Virus record (IMG/VR): IMGVR_UViG_3300032312_000788 | Coordinates: 74,986 to 138,985 of that record | Strand: one strand, 5' to 3' | Origin: a virus | Taxonomy: Duplodnaviria; Heunggongvirae; Uroviricota; Caudoviricetes | DNA: 64,000 bases | Shown: piece by piece, positions 1-10,454 of the stretch | How positions within the stretch are numbered: the first letter of the stretch is position 1 | How the letters are laid out: each line of letters opens with the position of its first letter | Notes under the pieces: model-generated | Database searches by the model: none | Seen by the model: the letters and a program-made list of their open reading frames with translations, nothing else | Told to the model about the DNA's origin: nothing | Position numbers and translations under genes: made by a program

Positions 1-55
1 TGATAAGCCTGTAAACATATCATTATCCTATATTATTTCAGAATTACCTGAGAAT

Positions 56-547
56 TTGGGTAAAGAAATCGAAATAGTGAAGGATGATTTGAAAATAATT
101 CTTGACATTCCAAAAACCTTTGATACAATTGTACAAGAAGAAACAATACCAATATACTCATTAATACAACAGATTAATATATCTGGTATTTCTATTAATT
201 TAATAGATTTAAGTGTACAGGAGAAAAGATCTATTATAGACTCTTTACCAGCTAGAGTGTACAATACGATATTAAACGAAATATTGAATAATAAAGATAA
301 AATTGTGGGATTCAATAATCCAGTATTATCTTTATTAAAATTTAATTTTTTAACAAATGAACCATGTTTCTTTTTAAAGGGGTTATTTAATAACTTTAGT
401 GAAGACTATTTTAGAGATGTTATATTTCATTTATCAAAAAGAATTGATGGTAATATACTAATGGATAGTACACCCTTGGATATAGAATATTATATTCAAA
501 AATATTCAGAAGAGGTTAGAACTCAAAGTGATGGCTTGACAATCTGA
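56..547 (+). CDS. hypothetical protein (left structural/virion block)
   Basis: 163-aa ORF in the co-directional + strand array; no recognisable motif. Confidence 0.4.
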   Translation: MGKEIEIVKDDLKIILDIPKTFDTIVQEETIPIYSLIQQINISGISINLIDLSVQEKRSIIDSLPARVYNTILNEILNNKDKIVGFNNPVLSLLKFNFLTNEPCFFLKGLFNNFSEDYFRDVIFHLSKRIDGNILMDSTPLDIEYYIQKYSEEVRTQSDGLTI

Positions 548-570
548 GTTTGTGTGCTTAAATACAAGGT

Positions 571-1305
571 ATGGATGACAATGTTAAAAACTTTCTTGAC
601 AAAATTCAAGAGATCAAAGAGAAGAAAATCAAAGTCGAGGTTCTTTCTACAGGTAAGGAAATTGATAGCACACCTTTGAGTTTTAAACAACAAAAGGATC
701 TTATTTCCACAATCGCTGATGGAACTATTGGAACTTTAAGATTTCAAAAAATTATCAATCAAATTATTATTGATAATACTGGCGATAGTTTATTGAGAGT
801 TACTGATAAACTACCGATTATTCTAAAACTAAGATCAGAATCTATCGGAAAAGATGTTAAGATTGGGGATGAAAAAGTTGATTTAGATAAAATCATTGCA
901 AAAATTCTTAAGAGTAAAAAAATCAAACAATCTGAGACAATATCAGGTGATATTAAAGTTAATCTAGAAGTTCCTCTTCTCACACAAGAAAACGCAATCA
1001 TTCAAGCAACTATTGATGCTATCAAGAAAGATGGTGATGATATGGGTAAAAATATCGGATCTGCTTATACATATGAAATTGTAAAATATATTAGAGAAAT
1101 TGAATTTGATGGAGGATCAATAATTTTCATAGATATTCCTATTAAGGATAGAGTAAAGATTGTGGATAATTTACCAATTTCTATCAATCAAAAAGTTATT
1201 GATTTTATCCAAAATATCAATAAGATTGAGAAAGAATGGCTTACTGTAGATATCAATGGTGACAAAAAAACATTAGATATAGATGTAAGTTTATTTGATG
1301 GTTAA
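571..1305 (+). CDS. hypothetical protein
   Basis: 244-aa ORF; K/D/I-rich; tightly packed with neighbours. Confidence 0.45.
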   Translation: MDDNVKNFLDKIQEIKEKKIKVEVLSTGKEIDSTPLSFKQQKDLISTIADGTIGTLRFQKIINQIIIDNTGDSLLRVTDKLPIILKLRSESIGKDVKIGDEKVDLDKIIAKILKSKKIKQSETISGDIKVNLEVPLLTQENAIIQATIDAIKKDGDDMGKNIGSAYTYEIVKYIREIEFDGGSIIFIDIPIKDRVKIVDNLPISINQKVIDFIQNINKIEKEWLTVDINGDKKTLDIDVSLFDG

Positions 1306-1313
1306 ATATTATA

Positions 1314-3551
1314 ATGGACCCAGTTATCTTAAATTTGTTAGGTGTGCTTAAAGAAATGCACGAGCAGAAAGGTGTGCCTAAACAAGATAAGATTATTGAG
1401 AAGAATATTGTCAAATCAAAAAATTCTACATTTGATTCTGATAAAAGAGAGAAGCGTGGAGGATTATCATCTGAACAAAAACAAAATTTGGTTGAGACAT
1501 TTACACTCTTCAATCAAATGTTTTTTGAGTATCAAAAAAAGGTAAGGGTTGATGAGAAGGAAAAGACCAAGGTATCGCAAATAGCTAAAGCTAAGGTGAC
1601 TCCACCACCATTACCACCACCCCCAATGCAACAAAAATCTGAAGGTGGATTTGGTAGATTCTTATTAGGTGGGTTAGCTGTATTAGCTAGTATAATTACA
1701 TTTATTGTTGGATTAGCTACAGATGGACCCTTAAAGGGTATATTGAAAATATTGACCAAACTAAACATAGCTGCTGATATTAAATTACTGAAAGGTGTTC
1801 TGGGAAAAATAGCTGGTGTTATTAAATCGGTGAAAGGTATACTGGGTAAAGTTAGTAAAGTATTTGGTGGTTTGTTTGATAATGTAATAAAATACGCAAA
1901 ATCATTTGTAGATGATTTGGGTAAAGGTATTGCATCAATAGTCACAAAGGTCTTACCGAAAGGTGATAAAGGGTTATTTGGAAAATTAGGTGCTTCTATT
2001 ATCAAAGTTTTAAAACCAGCAGCTAAACTACTAAAAAGAATACCAATCATTGGATCTCTTATATCGGTTGGATTTGCCATATCCAGATTTAGATCTGGTG
2101 ATACTGTTGGTGGTGTTATTGATGTCATGAGTGGACTTGTTGGGTTACTAGATTTAGTAGTTCCCGGTCTAGGATTCGGTCTTTCGTTAGGTTTAGATGT
2201 TCTTAATGCATTTTTAGATATTAAAACTGGAGGATCTAATCCTCAAGCATCTAAGAAAAAGAGTGATATTCTATGGGATATGGGTAAAGGGTTAGGTTCT
2301 TGGATTTGGAGCAAAGCTGAGTATATTCCAGTTTTAGGAACAATTAAATGGTTCGGTAAAGCATATGATTCCTTCAAGGGTGGGAATTATATGGACATGT
2401 TGAAGAATTTTGGGTTGGGTATGTTTGCATTAACTCCCGGTGCTGGATTTATTATCAAGGGTGTTGAAATGCTCATGGGATTCTTTTCTGATAAGAAACC
2501 AGCAGATCCTAAACTAACTGAAAATACATCATGGTTTTATAAACTAAAAGATTGGGTAAAATCAAAATTACAAGATTTGCCGTGGTGGATCAAAAAACCT
2601 TTATCTTGGTTTGGTATCATGGAAGATGATAGTGGAATTAATTCTAATGCCTTCGGTGATATAGGGGCTGGGGTAAAAGCTGGATTTGAAAGTAGTAAAA
2701 AATTCTTCTCCGGTATATGGGATAGTATCAAAGGACCAATTGGTGATGCTGTTGGTTATATCGGAGAATTCGCTTCAGATACTTGGAAAAAAACTAAAGA
2801 TATAGTCGGAAAGGCTTGGAGTGGTATTAAAGATCTCACAGCCAATACATGGTCATCTATAAAAGAAAATGCACCAAAAGCTTGGGAAGCTGTAAAAGAT
2901 ATAAGTGGTAAAGCTTGGGAGAGAACTAAAGAATTCACTTCTGATGCTTGGAAGGTAGCTTCTGAAGAAGGAGGTAAATTATGGGAGAGTATCAAGGAGA
3001 CATCATCTAAAGCGTTTGAGAAGGCTAAGGAGGCTGGAACATGGGCATATGATGCTATTGAGAGTATGGCATCTGAAGCTAAAACATTAATCGATGCTTG
3101 GGTTCCCAAAATAGTTGATACTATAACTGGTATTACGGATTCAGCACTTGGTATCCTAAAAGGTATAGCTAGTAAAATAGGGTCATGGGTCATGGGGTTA
3201 GTATCTCCAGAAAATCCTGAAATCGCTAAAGTAGCACCTGTAAAAAAATCAGAAAATGTTGTTAATTCTACAGATACGACATATATGGAGAATGTTGCAA
3301 AAAATAACATAGTAAGTAACAAATGGTTACATATGCTGCACAACACATCTCTGGAACAGGTTAAGCTTTTGGGTATGATGGTGAATATCGGAAATTCATC
3401 CCTGAGCGAACTTAAAAGAATTTCTGGAAACCCTAATAAAGATGGAACAACAACTGTTATATCACCACCTCAACAACAATCCAAAACACCATCAATACCT
3501 ATATCGAACAATAGAACCGGATTTGCTTCTAGTCCCTATGCACTAGGTTAA
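1314..3551 (+). CDS. tape-measure-like / internal virion protein
   Basis: 745 aa; PPPLPPPP linker, Gly-rich hydrophobic segments, then about 15 tandem 11-residue amphipathic repeats with periodic Trp (..KAWxxxKD..), typical of tail tape-measure proteins. Confidence 0.4.
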   Translation: MDPVILNLLGVLKEMHEQKGVPKQDKIIEKNIVKSKNSTFDSDKREKRGGLSSEQKQNLVETFTLFNQMFFEYQKKVRVDEKEKTKVSQIAKAKVTPPPLPPPPMQQKSEGGFGRFLLGGLAVLASIITFIVGLATDGPLKGILKILTKLNIAADIKLLKGVLGKIAGVIKSVKGILGKVSKVFGGLFDNVIKYAKSFVDDLGKGIASIVTKVLPKGDKGLFGKLGASIIKVLKPAAKLLKRIPIIGSLISVGFAISRFRSGDTVGGVIDVMSGLVGLLDLVVPGLGFGLSLGLDVLNAFLDIKTGGSNPQASKKKSDILWDMGKGLGSWIWSKAEYIPVLGTIKWFGKAYDSFKGGNYMDMLKNFGLGMFALTPGAGFIIKGVEMLMGFFSDKKPADPKLTENTSWFYKLKDWVKSKLQDLPWWIKKPLSWFGIMEDDSGINSNAFGDIGAGVKAGFESSKKFFSGIWDSIKGPIGDAVGYIGEFASDTWKKTKDIVGKAWSGIKDLTANTWSSIKENAPKAWEAVKDISGKAWERTKEFTSDAWKVASEEGGKLWESIKETSSKAFEKAKEAGTWAYDAIESMASEAKTLIDAWVPKIVDTITGITDSALGILKGIASKIGSWVMGLVSPENPEIAKVAPVKKSENVVNSTDTTYMENVAKNNIVSNKWLHMLHNTSLEQVKLLGMMVNIGNSSLSELKRISGNPNKDGTTTVISPPQQQSKTPSIPISNNRTGFASSPYALG

Positions 3552-3559
3552 ATACTAAT

Positions 3560-4414
3560 ATGGCAAAATATGATGTTGTGAAAGACTATGATTGGACAAG
3601 TGCTCCAAGAGGGTCTTCTATCCGTAAACAGGCTCCTAGAGTCTGGGTGAAGTCATATAAATTGAAGTCAAATAATATAATGACATCAATTAAGAATTAT
3701 ATATCCATAGCTAAGGGTGCTGGTGAACAGAATGCAAAAGAGTTTTACGATAAAATGTATTCAGATTCTTCTACAGCGGAAGATGATTTTAATTTCCCAT
3801 TCTTTGGAGACAATGTTAGATCATTTTCCAATAACTTCGCTGATACGTTTCAAAACGGAGTCGGTGGGGGTGGTGGTATAGGAACAGCTATGGATGCGAT
3901 GGCAAAATCTTTTGTCGGTAATGTTGCTCAAGCTACTGGATTGATTGGTGTTGAAAATGTTGTGAAAGCTGCTGGTCAACTAGGGACAGGAGATATAACT
4001 GGAATGACGGATACTATATTAAATGGTTTGAAGGGTGGAGGTGATCCGGGATCTTATGTAGAAACTCCTATGTTCTATCAATTCGAAAAAAATGATGGTC
4101 CTTTAGAAGTATCATTTGTTCTATCCAACACCATCAATAGTGATTATGATAAAAATCATAAATTAGTTCAAAGATTGACATATATCAATAGACCTCTCAG
4201 AAAGAACAGTATTGCTGTTGACCCACCAAGAATTTATCAGGTTCGTGTTCCCGGTCATCGTCTTATCAGATGGGCATATTGTGATTCTTTCTCTGTTTCA
4301 TTCTTAGGAACTAGAAGAGTGATAAATGATGTCATTGTTCCAGAAGGATACCAAATTACCCTTAGCTTTAAGTCACTAACTCTAGAACACGCGGGCTTCG
4401 GTTCCGAGACATAA
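3560..4414 (+). CDS. hypothetical Gly-rich (structural?) protein
   Basis: 284 aa; GVGGGGGIG tract. Confidence 0.4.
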   Translation: MAKYDVVKDYDWTSAPRGSSIRKQAPRVWVKSYKLKSNNIMTSIKNYISIAKGAGEQNAKEFYDKMYSDSSTAEDDFNFPFFGDNVRSFSNNFADTFQNGVGGGGGIGTAMDAMAKSFVGNVAQATGLIGVENVVKAAGQLGTGDITGMTDTILNGLKGGGDPGSYVETPMFYQFEKNDGPLEVSFVLSNTINSDYDKNHKLVQRLTYINRPLRKNSIAVDPPRIYQVRVPGHRLIRWAYCDSFSVSFLGTRRVINDVIVPEGYQITLSFKSLTLEHAGFGSET

Positions 4415-4415
4415 T

Positions 4416-5186
4416 TTGTTAAATATAATAATGGAAACACTCTTCACATACCCCAGAGAAGCAGGAATTTATAAGTTGACATGTGTTCATAATGGTAAAA
4501 TTTATATAGGAAAAGCGATTAATATCAGAAAAAGGCTTAGTCATCATAAACGTTCGCCCAATTATTCAGAATGTAAAACTTATTTGAAGAATGCTATATT
4601 AAAGTATGGGTGGGAGTCATTCAACATCGAGATTTTGGAAATTTATCCCAATTTTGACAAATTAGTGAACAATTCACAACTTCTTAAAAAGGAATCTGAG
4701 TATATAAAACTATTTGAATCGAATAATCCCAATATTGGTTATAATATATGCACATATTCCAGTGATTGTACGGGACTAAAGTTGAGGCCAAGGGGTCCGA
4801 GATCTGAAGAAACAAAAGAAAAACTTAGACAAGCTAATTTAGGAAAATCTCCATCAAAAGAAACTAGAGAAAAATTAAGTAAAGCTGGAAAAGGAAGAAT
4901 CTTATCGGCAGAGCATAAAGAGAAGTTAAGAATTTCCGCCATAAAACGAGGGATATCCAAAGAAACCAGAGAAAAGATGAGAGCTACAAATACAGGAAAA
5001 CCATTATCAGAAGAACATAAAGCAGCTCTATCAAAAGCTCGTATGGGTAGAATATTTTCTGAAGAAACCAAGGAGAAAATACGGCAAAGCAATCTTGGCC
5101 AAATTCGATCTGAAGAAGCTAGAGAGAACATAAGATTGGGTAAAATCAAGAGCAACGCTCTGAAGAAGTTGAAACAGGATGCATAA
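4416..5186 (+). CDS. GIY-YIG homing endonuclease with NUMOD-like repeats
   Basis: GIYKLTCVHNGKIYIGKAINIRKR..H = GIY-YIG core; C-terminal repeated ETKEKLRQANLGK / ETREKLSKAGKGR NUMOD3-like DNA-binding motifs. Confidence 0.75.
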   Translation: MLNIIMETLFTYPREAGIYKLTCVHNGKIYIGKAINIRKRLSHHKRSPNYSECKTYLKNAILKYGWESFNIEILEIYPNFDKLVNNSQLLKKESEYIKLFESNNPNIGYNICTYSSDCTGLKLRPRGPRSEETKEKLRQANLGKSPSKETREKLSKAGKGRILSAEHKEKLRISAIKRGISKETREKMRATNTGKPLSEEHKAALSKARMGRIFSEETKEKIRQSNLGQIRSEEARENIRLGKIKSNALKKLKQDA

Positions 5187-5188
5187 TT

Positions 5189-5587
5189 ATGATCGATCTA
5201 GGTAAATATCAAAACGAAGTTCCATCCTTATCCGCTTTAAGTATTAGGGATTATGAGAGAATTTTTAAAATTTTCAAACAATCAGAGGAAGATAAAAATT
5301 TTTATATATATAATATTTTAAATAGAATCGATTTCCCTACAATCGACAGTCAATTTTTAGAGTTTTATGATGTTGAAAGTAGAATGCCTCTAACGATAGC
5401 ATCTTATAAAATATATGGAGACATCAAATCTTGGTGGATATTGTATTTACTTAATAAGGATAAATTTGAGGGAGCACCATTTTATGTTAATGGTGGGACA
5501 CAACTCAAATACATAACTGACTCATTAAGAACAGCTATTTATCAAGATATTACTATACAGACTATATACAGTGGAAGACATTATTGA
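5189..5587 (+). CDS. hypothetical protein
   Basis: 132-aa ORF. Confidence 0.4.
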   Translation: MIDLGKYQNEVPSLSALSIRDYERIFKIFKQSEEDKNFYIYNILNRIDFPTIDSQFLEFYDVESRMPLTIASYKIYGDIKSWWILYLLNKDKFEGAPFYVNGGTQLKYITDSLRTAIYQDITIQTIYSGRHY

Positions 5588-6906
5588 TGGATATTTTCAA
5601 AATTAATGATATTGAATATGAGTGTGAATTTAAGTTGTCTAATCCAGATGATCAAGAAATAAAATTCACAAAGTCTGCTATTCGTGGTATGACATTAGTG
5701 GATAATGTTTTTGATCCATTCGCATATGGAACTATATCTATAGCTAATCCTTATGACTTCATTGAAAATGAATATTTTCTTAGAGGTGATGGAAGAGATG
5801 AACTATATATTAAATTCAAACCCAAGGATTCCGAGAAGGATGAAGATACATACGAATACACATTTGCTGTAATCGATGAATCCAATACAGCCAACCCAGT
5901 TGTTAGATCCGAAAATATAAAAACTTTTGTTTTAGTTGCTAAAAATGCCATCCCATTCTCAGATACTATCCCGTATGGTAAAAAATATTCTGGTAAAGTT
6001 GGAGAAATTTTAAAAAATGTATTTAAAGAAGTTTTAGGCGATAATGCAGTGGATGAAGAAAATTGGGAAGATGGGGATTTTGTATTGGATTATTACCCAC
6101 CCGCAACCTATAGATACGTGGATCTGATTCATACTCTGATGCGGTTATATTATGCTAAGGATGGAGAAATTCATGTAAAGGGGTTTATATCTTGGGATAT
6201 GAAATCGTCTAAATTCAGATTGGATCTTTTGTCTAAAATTTTTACAGATAATGAAAAGCATACAATTGAAGCTTTTGGATTGGGCGACTTAACTTCAAAA
6301 ATTGAAACATCTAATCCTAATAATCCTATATCAAAAGCACCCGTTGGGGAATATATCGGTCAAATAAAAAATTTGGGATATTCTACACCTTTTTATGGGT
6401 GGAACACCGACTATTTCATTAATAGTTTAGTTTTTGGTTACGATAGAATTTTAGGTATCCACAAAATAATAAAATTATCAATTGATGATATAAAGGAGAA
6501 ATGGGTTAGGAAATTCGTTGATGTTTTTAAGTCAAACTCAGGTAAACCGAAACCATTCATAGTTTTCAATAAAACAACAGCGAAAAAATTTAAAAGATAT
6601 TCGTTTCCTTACCCTATTGAAGATAATGTGAAAATAGTAGAAGCTGATATTCATAATTCTTTAACCTTTTATAATTTACAGGCATCTTTCTCGAATATAG
6701 GAAAAACATCTAGACGATCTGGTAAATTTATTGATATATTTACGACCAGAAATGAAGATGAACTCAAGAGTGATCAGAAAATTCTTGGAAGATGGTATGT
6801 GACTGAAGTTCATCACATATTCTTTGCTGATTTATATACAAATCAATTATTCTGCACTAAAACTTATATTGGACCAAACTCTGAAATAAAAGAAGATACC
6901 GAATGA
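5584..6906 (+). CDS. hypothetical protein (possible structural)
   Basis: 440-aa ORF; start overlaps upstream stop (ATGA). Confidence 0.45.
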   Translation: MMDIFKINDIEYECEFKLSNPDDQEIKFTKSAIRGMTLVDNVFDPFAYGTISIANPYDFIENEYFLRGDGRDELYIKFKPKDSEKDEDTYEYTFAVIDESNTANPVVRSENIKTFVLVAKNAIPFSDTIPYGKKYSGKVGEILKNVFKEVLGDNAVDEENWEDGDFVLDYYPPATYRYVDLIHTLMRLYYAKDGEIHVKGFISWDMKSSKFRLDLLSKIFTDNEKHTIEAFGLGDLTSKIETSNPNNPISKAPVGEYIGQIKNLGYSTPFYGWNTDYFINSLVFGYDRILGIHKIIKLSIDDIKEKWVRKFVDVFKSNSGKPKPFIVFNKTTAKKFKRYSFPYPIEDNVKIVEADIHNSLTFYNLQASFSNIGKTSRRSGKFIDIFTTRNEDELKSDQKILGRWYVTEVHHIFFADLYTNQLFCTKTYIGPNSEIKEDTE

Positions 6907-7340
6907 TGAAATTTAAAACATTTTATGAGAGTGTTGGTGGGATAACCACTGAACAATATTATAATGAGTTGGATAACCATTTGAAACAATATGGTTATCA
7001 TCTTGGACCAAATTTATTCAACCCAGATATTGGGTATGCACACCCTTCATATCGTGGAATTTATGACGGAGATGATCAAATAGGACACATAGATCTTTGG
7101 ATTGATAATGGTATATTGATATTAGAAAAAATTAAAAGTTACTCTGCATACTATGGTAAAGATTTCGGGTTACTTAAAAAGATATATCCCTTTCATAAAA
7201 TGCAAGCCTTAAAATATAGTTTGATCGTTAAAAGCGAACTCGTTAGTCCGAAGACGGTTGGATATTTCGATAAAATCTTTTCAGATGAATTTGATATAAA
7301 GAAAGTTGGAAATATAACAACAGCGATACCAAAAATATGA
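6903..7340 (+). CDS. hypothetical protein
   Basis: 145 aa; ATGA overlap. Confidence 0.4.
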   Translation: MMKFKTFYESVGGITTEQYYNELDNHLKQYGYHLGPNLFNPDIGYAHPSYRGIYDGDDQIGHIDLWIDNGILILEKIKSYSAYYGKDFGLLKKIYPFHKMQALKYSLIVKSELVSPKTVGYFDKIFSDEFDIKKVGNITTAIPKI

Positions 7341-8242
7341 ACAATAAAGTTGAAATACTTCGAAGTCTGTGTTTTACAAAAGAGGACATGGAAGATATAA
7401 CAAATCTTGGAGATGCTTTCTCTGAGATTGATATAGATTTTATGGTTGAGTTTAAGAAAATTTATGAATTGGGGTTGCCTCAATTGTATAAATTTATAGA
7501 TAAATTAGACTCGGATGGATCTGAACTGGATGAGTATAGTATAATGTATTACACTAGTATTTTGAGAAATGGCCCCCTTGGTGTATACGTCTCAGAATAC
7601 TCAAAAGATAAAAAATATTTTTCATCATACCCAGACATATTAGGAAATAATGGAAATCTTAATATATCTATTAGTAATACTTCAATGTATATGGAGAAAC
7701 CAGTTTCATTGGGTTGTTCAGTTGATACCTTCAATAAACTCCCAAGTTTCATGCAGAAGACTTTAGCCTTTGTGAATACATCTGAGGAAATGTTCAAATC
7801 TAGTTTAATTAGTGGAATTGTTCATGACAATACTTTACCATTGGCTGATAAAAAACCTCAACTCAGATACGATAAAGAATCATCTTGGGATATTTACTCA
7901 CATGGTTCCTATATGACTAAAGATTTGAGATTTATTGATATTATTCAAAAAATATCCGGTGATTTATACGATAAAATTAAGGAAACAATAGGTTCAGAAA
8001 ATTTCAGAATATTTGAACAGAACAAGACTTATTCTCCATTCAATGTGGAAAAGAATCAATCAGTATCCACTAATACTAAGATTAAGAAGAAACTGAAATC
8101 TGGAGACATATCACAAGACGTTGAATTGGATATATTGGGTGATGTGCTTGACACTCCAGAAAAACGTGGTAATCTATTGAAGATTTCCAATGATGAAAAA
8201 TCTACAGACTACGAAAGAAATACACCAACTGGAGAAGTTTAA
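7337..8242 (+). CDS. hypothetical protein
   Basis: 301 aa; ATGA overlap. Confidence 0.45.
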   Translation: MNNKVEILRSLCFTKEDMEDITNLGDAFSEIDIDFMVEFKKIYELGLPQLYKFIDKLDSDGSELDEYSIMYYTSILRNGPLGVYVSEYSKDKKYFSSYPDILGNNGNLNISISNTSMYMEKPVSLGCSVDTFNKLPSFMQKTLAFVNTSEEMFKSSLISGIVHDNTLPLADKKPQLRYDKESSWDIYSHGSYMTKDLRFIDIIQKISGDLYDKIKETIGSENFRIFEQNKTYSPFNVEKNQSVSTNTKIKKKLKSGDISQDVELDILGDVLDTPEKRGNLLKISNDEKSTDYERNTPTGEV

Positions 8243-8721
8243 ACATCGATAGGATCTTCGGTTACTTCCTTAACATCTTCTTTTTTATATTCTAAAATAC
8301 CCTTGATCAATTCTTCTCTAGAAATGAAAACACCCTTAGAACTTTGTTCCTCATCATTAGAAAGAAGTTTCGCTGAAGCATTTAATTTAGCGATGTCTTT
8401 TTGTGCTCCAATCTTCTGTCTGTTTATTTCTAATTTCCCGAGAGCATCTAACGCTGATGTAAATGCGTTTATGAATGTGGCACCCGATTCGATTAATTTA
8501 GGATCAGGAGCACATTTGATTTCATCGTGAATAATTCCAATGACCTCGACACATCCATTCACAATCTCAGATGCTTTATCAATGATAAATTGCTCCATTT
8601 CCTCCTTTTGTAATTGGGGAGGTGGATTTCTTTTAACTTCTTTTAGGGATCGACTTTGGTTTTTCAATTGGTTTAAAATTGAATCAACATTTTTATCGAT
8701 ATCGTCATCGTATTCAGACAT
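8239..8721 (-). CDS. acidic coiled-coil hypothetical protein (only minus-strand gene in the left 60 kb)
   Basis: minus ORF; start trimmed to internal Met (MSEYDDDIDK..) to avoid overlap with + ORF 8752..8982; convergent with 7337..8242. Confidence 0.4.
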   Translation of the reverse strand: MSEYDDDIDKNVDSILNQLKNQSRSLKEVKRNPPPQLQKEEMEQFIIDKASEIVNGCVEVIGIIHDEIKCAPDPKLIESGATFINAFTSALDALGKLEINRQKIGAQKDIAKLNASAKLLSNDEEQSSKGVFISREELIKGILEYKKEDVKEVTEDPIDV

Positions 8722-8751
8722 GAATATATTTAACAAAGAATAAATACAATA

Positions 8752-8982
8752 GTGAGTAAAAACTTTAAAGTCTATGTCAGATACGACATAAAACGCCAAA
8801 GTGATGGATCGTATGCGATTCTTAAAAAGGATTTGGTGAAAAAGAAGGTTGACATCCATTCGACCTATGATACATATGAAGAGGCTAGAGCGACTTTAGA
8901 GGATCTGGAGAGCAAACCTTCCCAAGCCGATGCTCTGAAGATGATGAGTGATTTAAGATTGTCGATAGATTCAATAAAATAA
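8752..8982 (+). CDS. hypothetical small protein
   Basis: 76 aa; divergent from 8239..8721. Confidence 0.3.
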   Translation: MSKNFKVYVRYDIKRQSDGSYAILKKDLVKKKVDIHSTYDTYEEARATLEDLESKPSQADALKMMSDLRLSIDSIK

Positions 8983-8991
8983 AATAAAATT

Positions 8992-10065
8992 ATGCAAGTA
9001 AGAGATCAAGTAATACAAGCCCGACATAGTGGAAAAACTTATTCAGAAATATACAGAGAATTTGGAGTTGCTAAAAGCACTGCGATTGGGTGGTATAAAA
9101 GATGGATTGAAGATAATGAAGGTTATCAAACATTTGAAGAAACTAAGGTAGTTGGATATACGAATGATAATTTCCAAAGGGATCGTCCACAGAGATTTAA
9201 AAAAACTGAAGATGAGGTTTTAGAATTCTTATCGCAACTAGCCCCGATTAATATTGCTCCTAGATATGAGGAACCATCAAAGTTTGAATTAACAGATTAT
9301 GCTGTTGTGGGATCAGACTTCCACTTTGGTTGTCATGATCCGAAGGCTATTGATATTTTCTTAGAGGTTATTTTCCAATTGAAACCCAAGACCATTATTC
9401 TTAATGGTGATACGATGGACTTTTTGGCTATTTCGAAGTATCCAAAAGACATTAAGAAAAATTGGTCACTTCAAAAAGAACGTGAAGAATACCATGCGTT
9501 CTTACATGAACTTATTGGTATCTCTGGAGGTGCTAAGATCTATGAAACAACATCGAATCATAGTGGTCAAAGTATTGATGGAAGATGGAGACGATATTTA
9601 TCAGATAGACTTGGGGAACTTTCCTCATTAGATAACATTTCTGATATTCTTTCTTATGAAAAGGTTTTCATGGGGGATTATGCATCTAAGGTTGAGCATG
9701 TAGATTATGTTGATCTTAATGGATTGATTGTTACACATGGAACCACAGTTCGATCAAATGGTGGAGCATCTTGTTTAGGTGAAATCAATAAGTGGGGTTC
9801 AAGTATTCTACATGGTCATACTCATAGGATTGGAAGTTCAATGAAAAGAATTCCTGCCATTGGGCATAGACCAGAGCAACAATTGTTAGGTATCGAAGGT
9901 GGTTGCTTATGTAGTTTGGACGCAGTGTATGCATCCGCTCCAAATTGGAACCAAGGTTTCAATATTGTTTCTTTATCTAATAAAGATTCGTTTGGTGTGG
10001 AACAAATCTACATCAATAATGGAGTCGCAAATGTTTCTACATTGGGTAAGACCATTAGAGCTTGA
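8992..10065 (+). CDS. HTH domain fused to calcineurin-like metallophosphoesterase
   Basis: N-terminal HTH (GKTYSEIYREFGVAKSTAIGWYKRW); GSDFHFG, LNGDTMDF, HGHTHR metallophosphatase motifs. Confidence 0.6.
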   Translation: MQVRDQVIQARHSGKTYSEIYREFGVAKSTAIGWYKRWIEDNEGYQTFEETKVVGYTNDNFQRDRPQRFKKTEDEVLEFLSQLAPINIAPRYEEPSKFELTDYAVVGSDFHFGCHDPKAIDIFLEVIFQLKPKTIILNGDTMDFLAISKYPKDIKKNWSLQKEREEYHAFLHELIGISGGAKIYETTSNHSGQSIDGRWRRYLSDRLGELSSLDNISDILSYEKVFMGDYASKVEHVDYVDLNGLIVTHGTTVRSNGGASCLGEINKWGSSILHGHTHRIGSSMKRIPAIGHRPEQQLLGIEGGCLCSLDAVYASAPNWNQGFNIVSLSNKDSFGVEQIYINNGVANVSTLGKTIRA

Positions 10066-10090
10066 TTAAACACTAGCCTATGATGGCGAC

Positions 10091-10450
10091 ATGCACAAGA
10101 TCACAAAGCTGAAAGCTTCCGACGAAGCAAGGTTTCCAACAGCGGAAACACACGATGAATATCGTAAGTCTGTAGAAAATTCTGTATTCTCATACAGTGA
10201 TGATCATTTGTCCCCTAATGTGGATTACTGGACTATTGGGGATATTTTACGTGGACCGACTATTGGAGAATCTCTGATTATGGATCGGTGGATGCGAAAT
10301 GGTCAACTCATTCGAGGAACCTTTAAAACATCACGAGTCACAAAAATCACCGAAGACGGATTCGAAACACAGAATTCAGTGTATAAAATTGAAGAAGTGG
10401 ATGATGAAGAGATTTTGTCCTTGACTTCCCACAAAACTCTGGTATCATAA
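10091..10450 (+). CDS. hypothetical protein
   Basis: 119 aa; preceded by start motif near 10063-10080. Confidence 0.35.
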   Translation: MHKITKLKASDEARFPTAETHDEYRKSVENSVFSYSDDHLSPNVDYWTIGDILRGPTIGESLIMDRWMRNGQLIRGTFKTSRVTKITEDGFETQNSVYKIEEVDDEEILSLTSHKTLVS

Positions 10451-10454
10451 GCCC

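Noticed and set aside
28-315. minus-strand ORF at the left edge
   Set aside because: Fully overlaps + ORF 56..547 in a co-directional + array; antisense artefact of AT-rich coding sequence.
759-3346. minus-strand ORFs 759..1001, 1253..1513, 1532..2128, 2537..2731, 2756..3346
   Set aside because: All lie antisense inside long + genes with coherent protein features; no independent signals.
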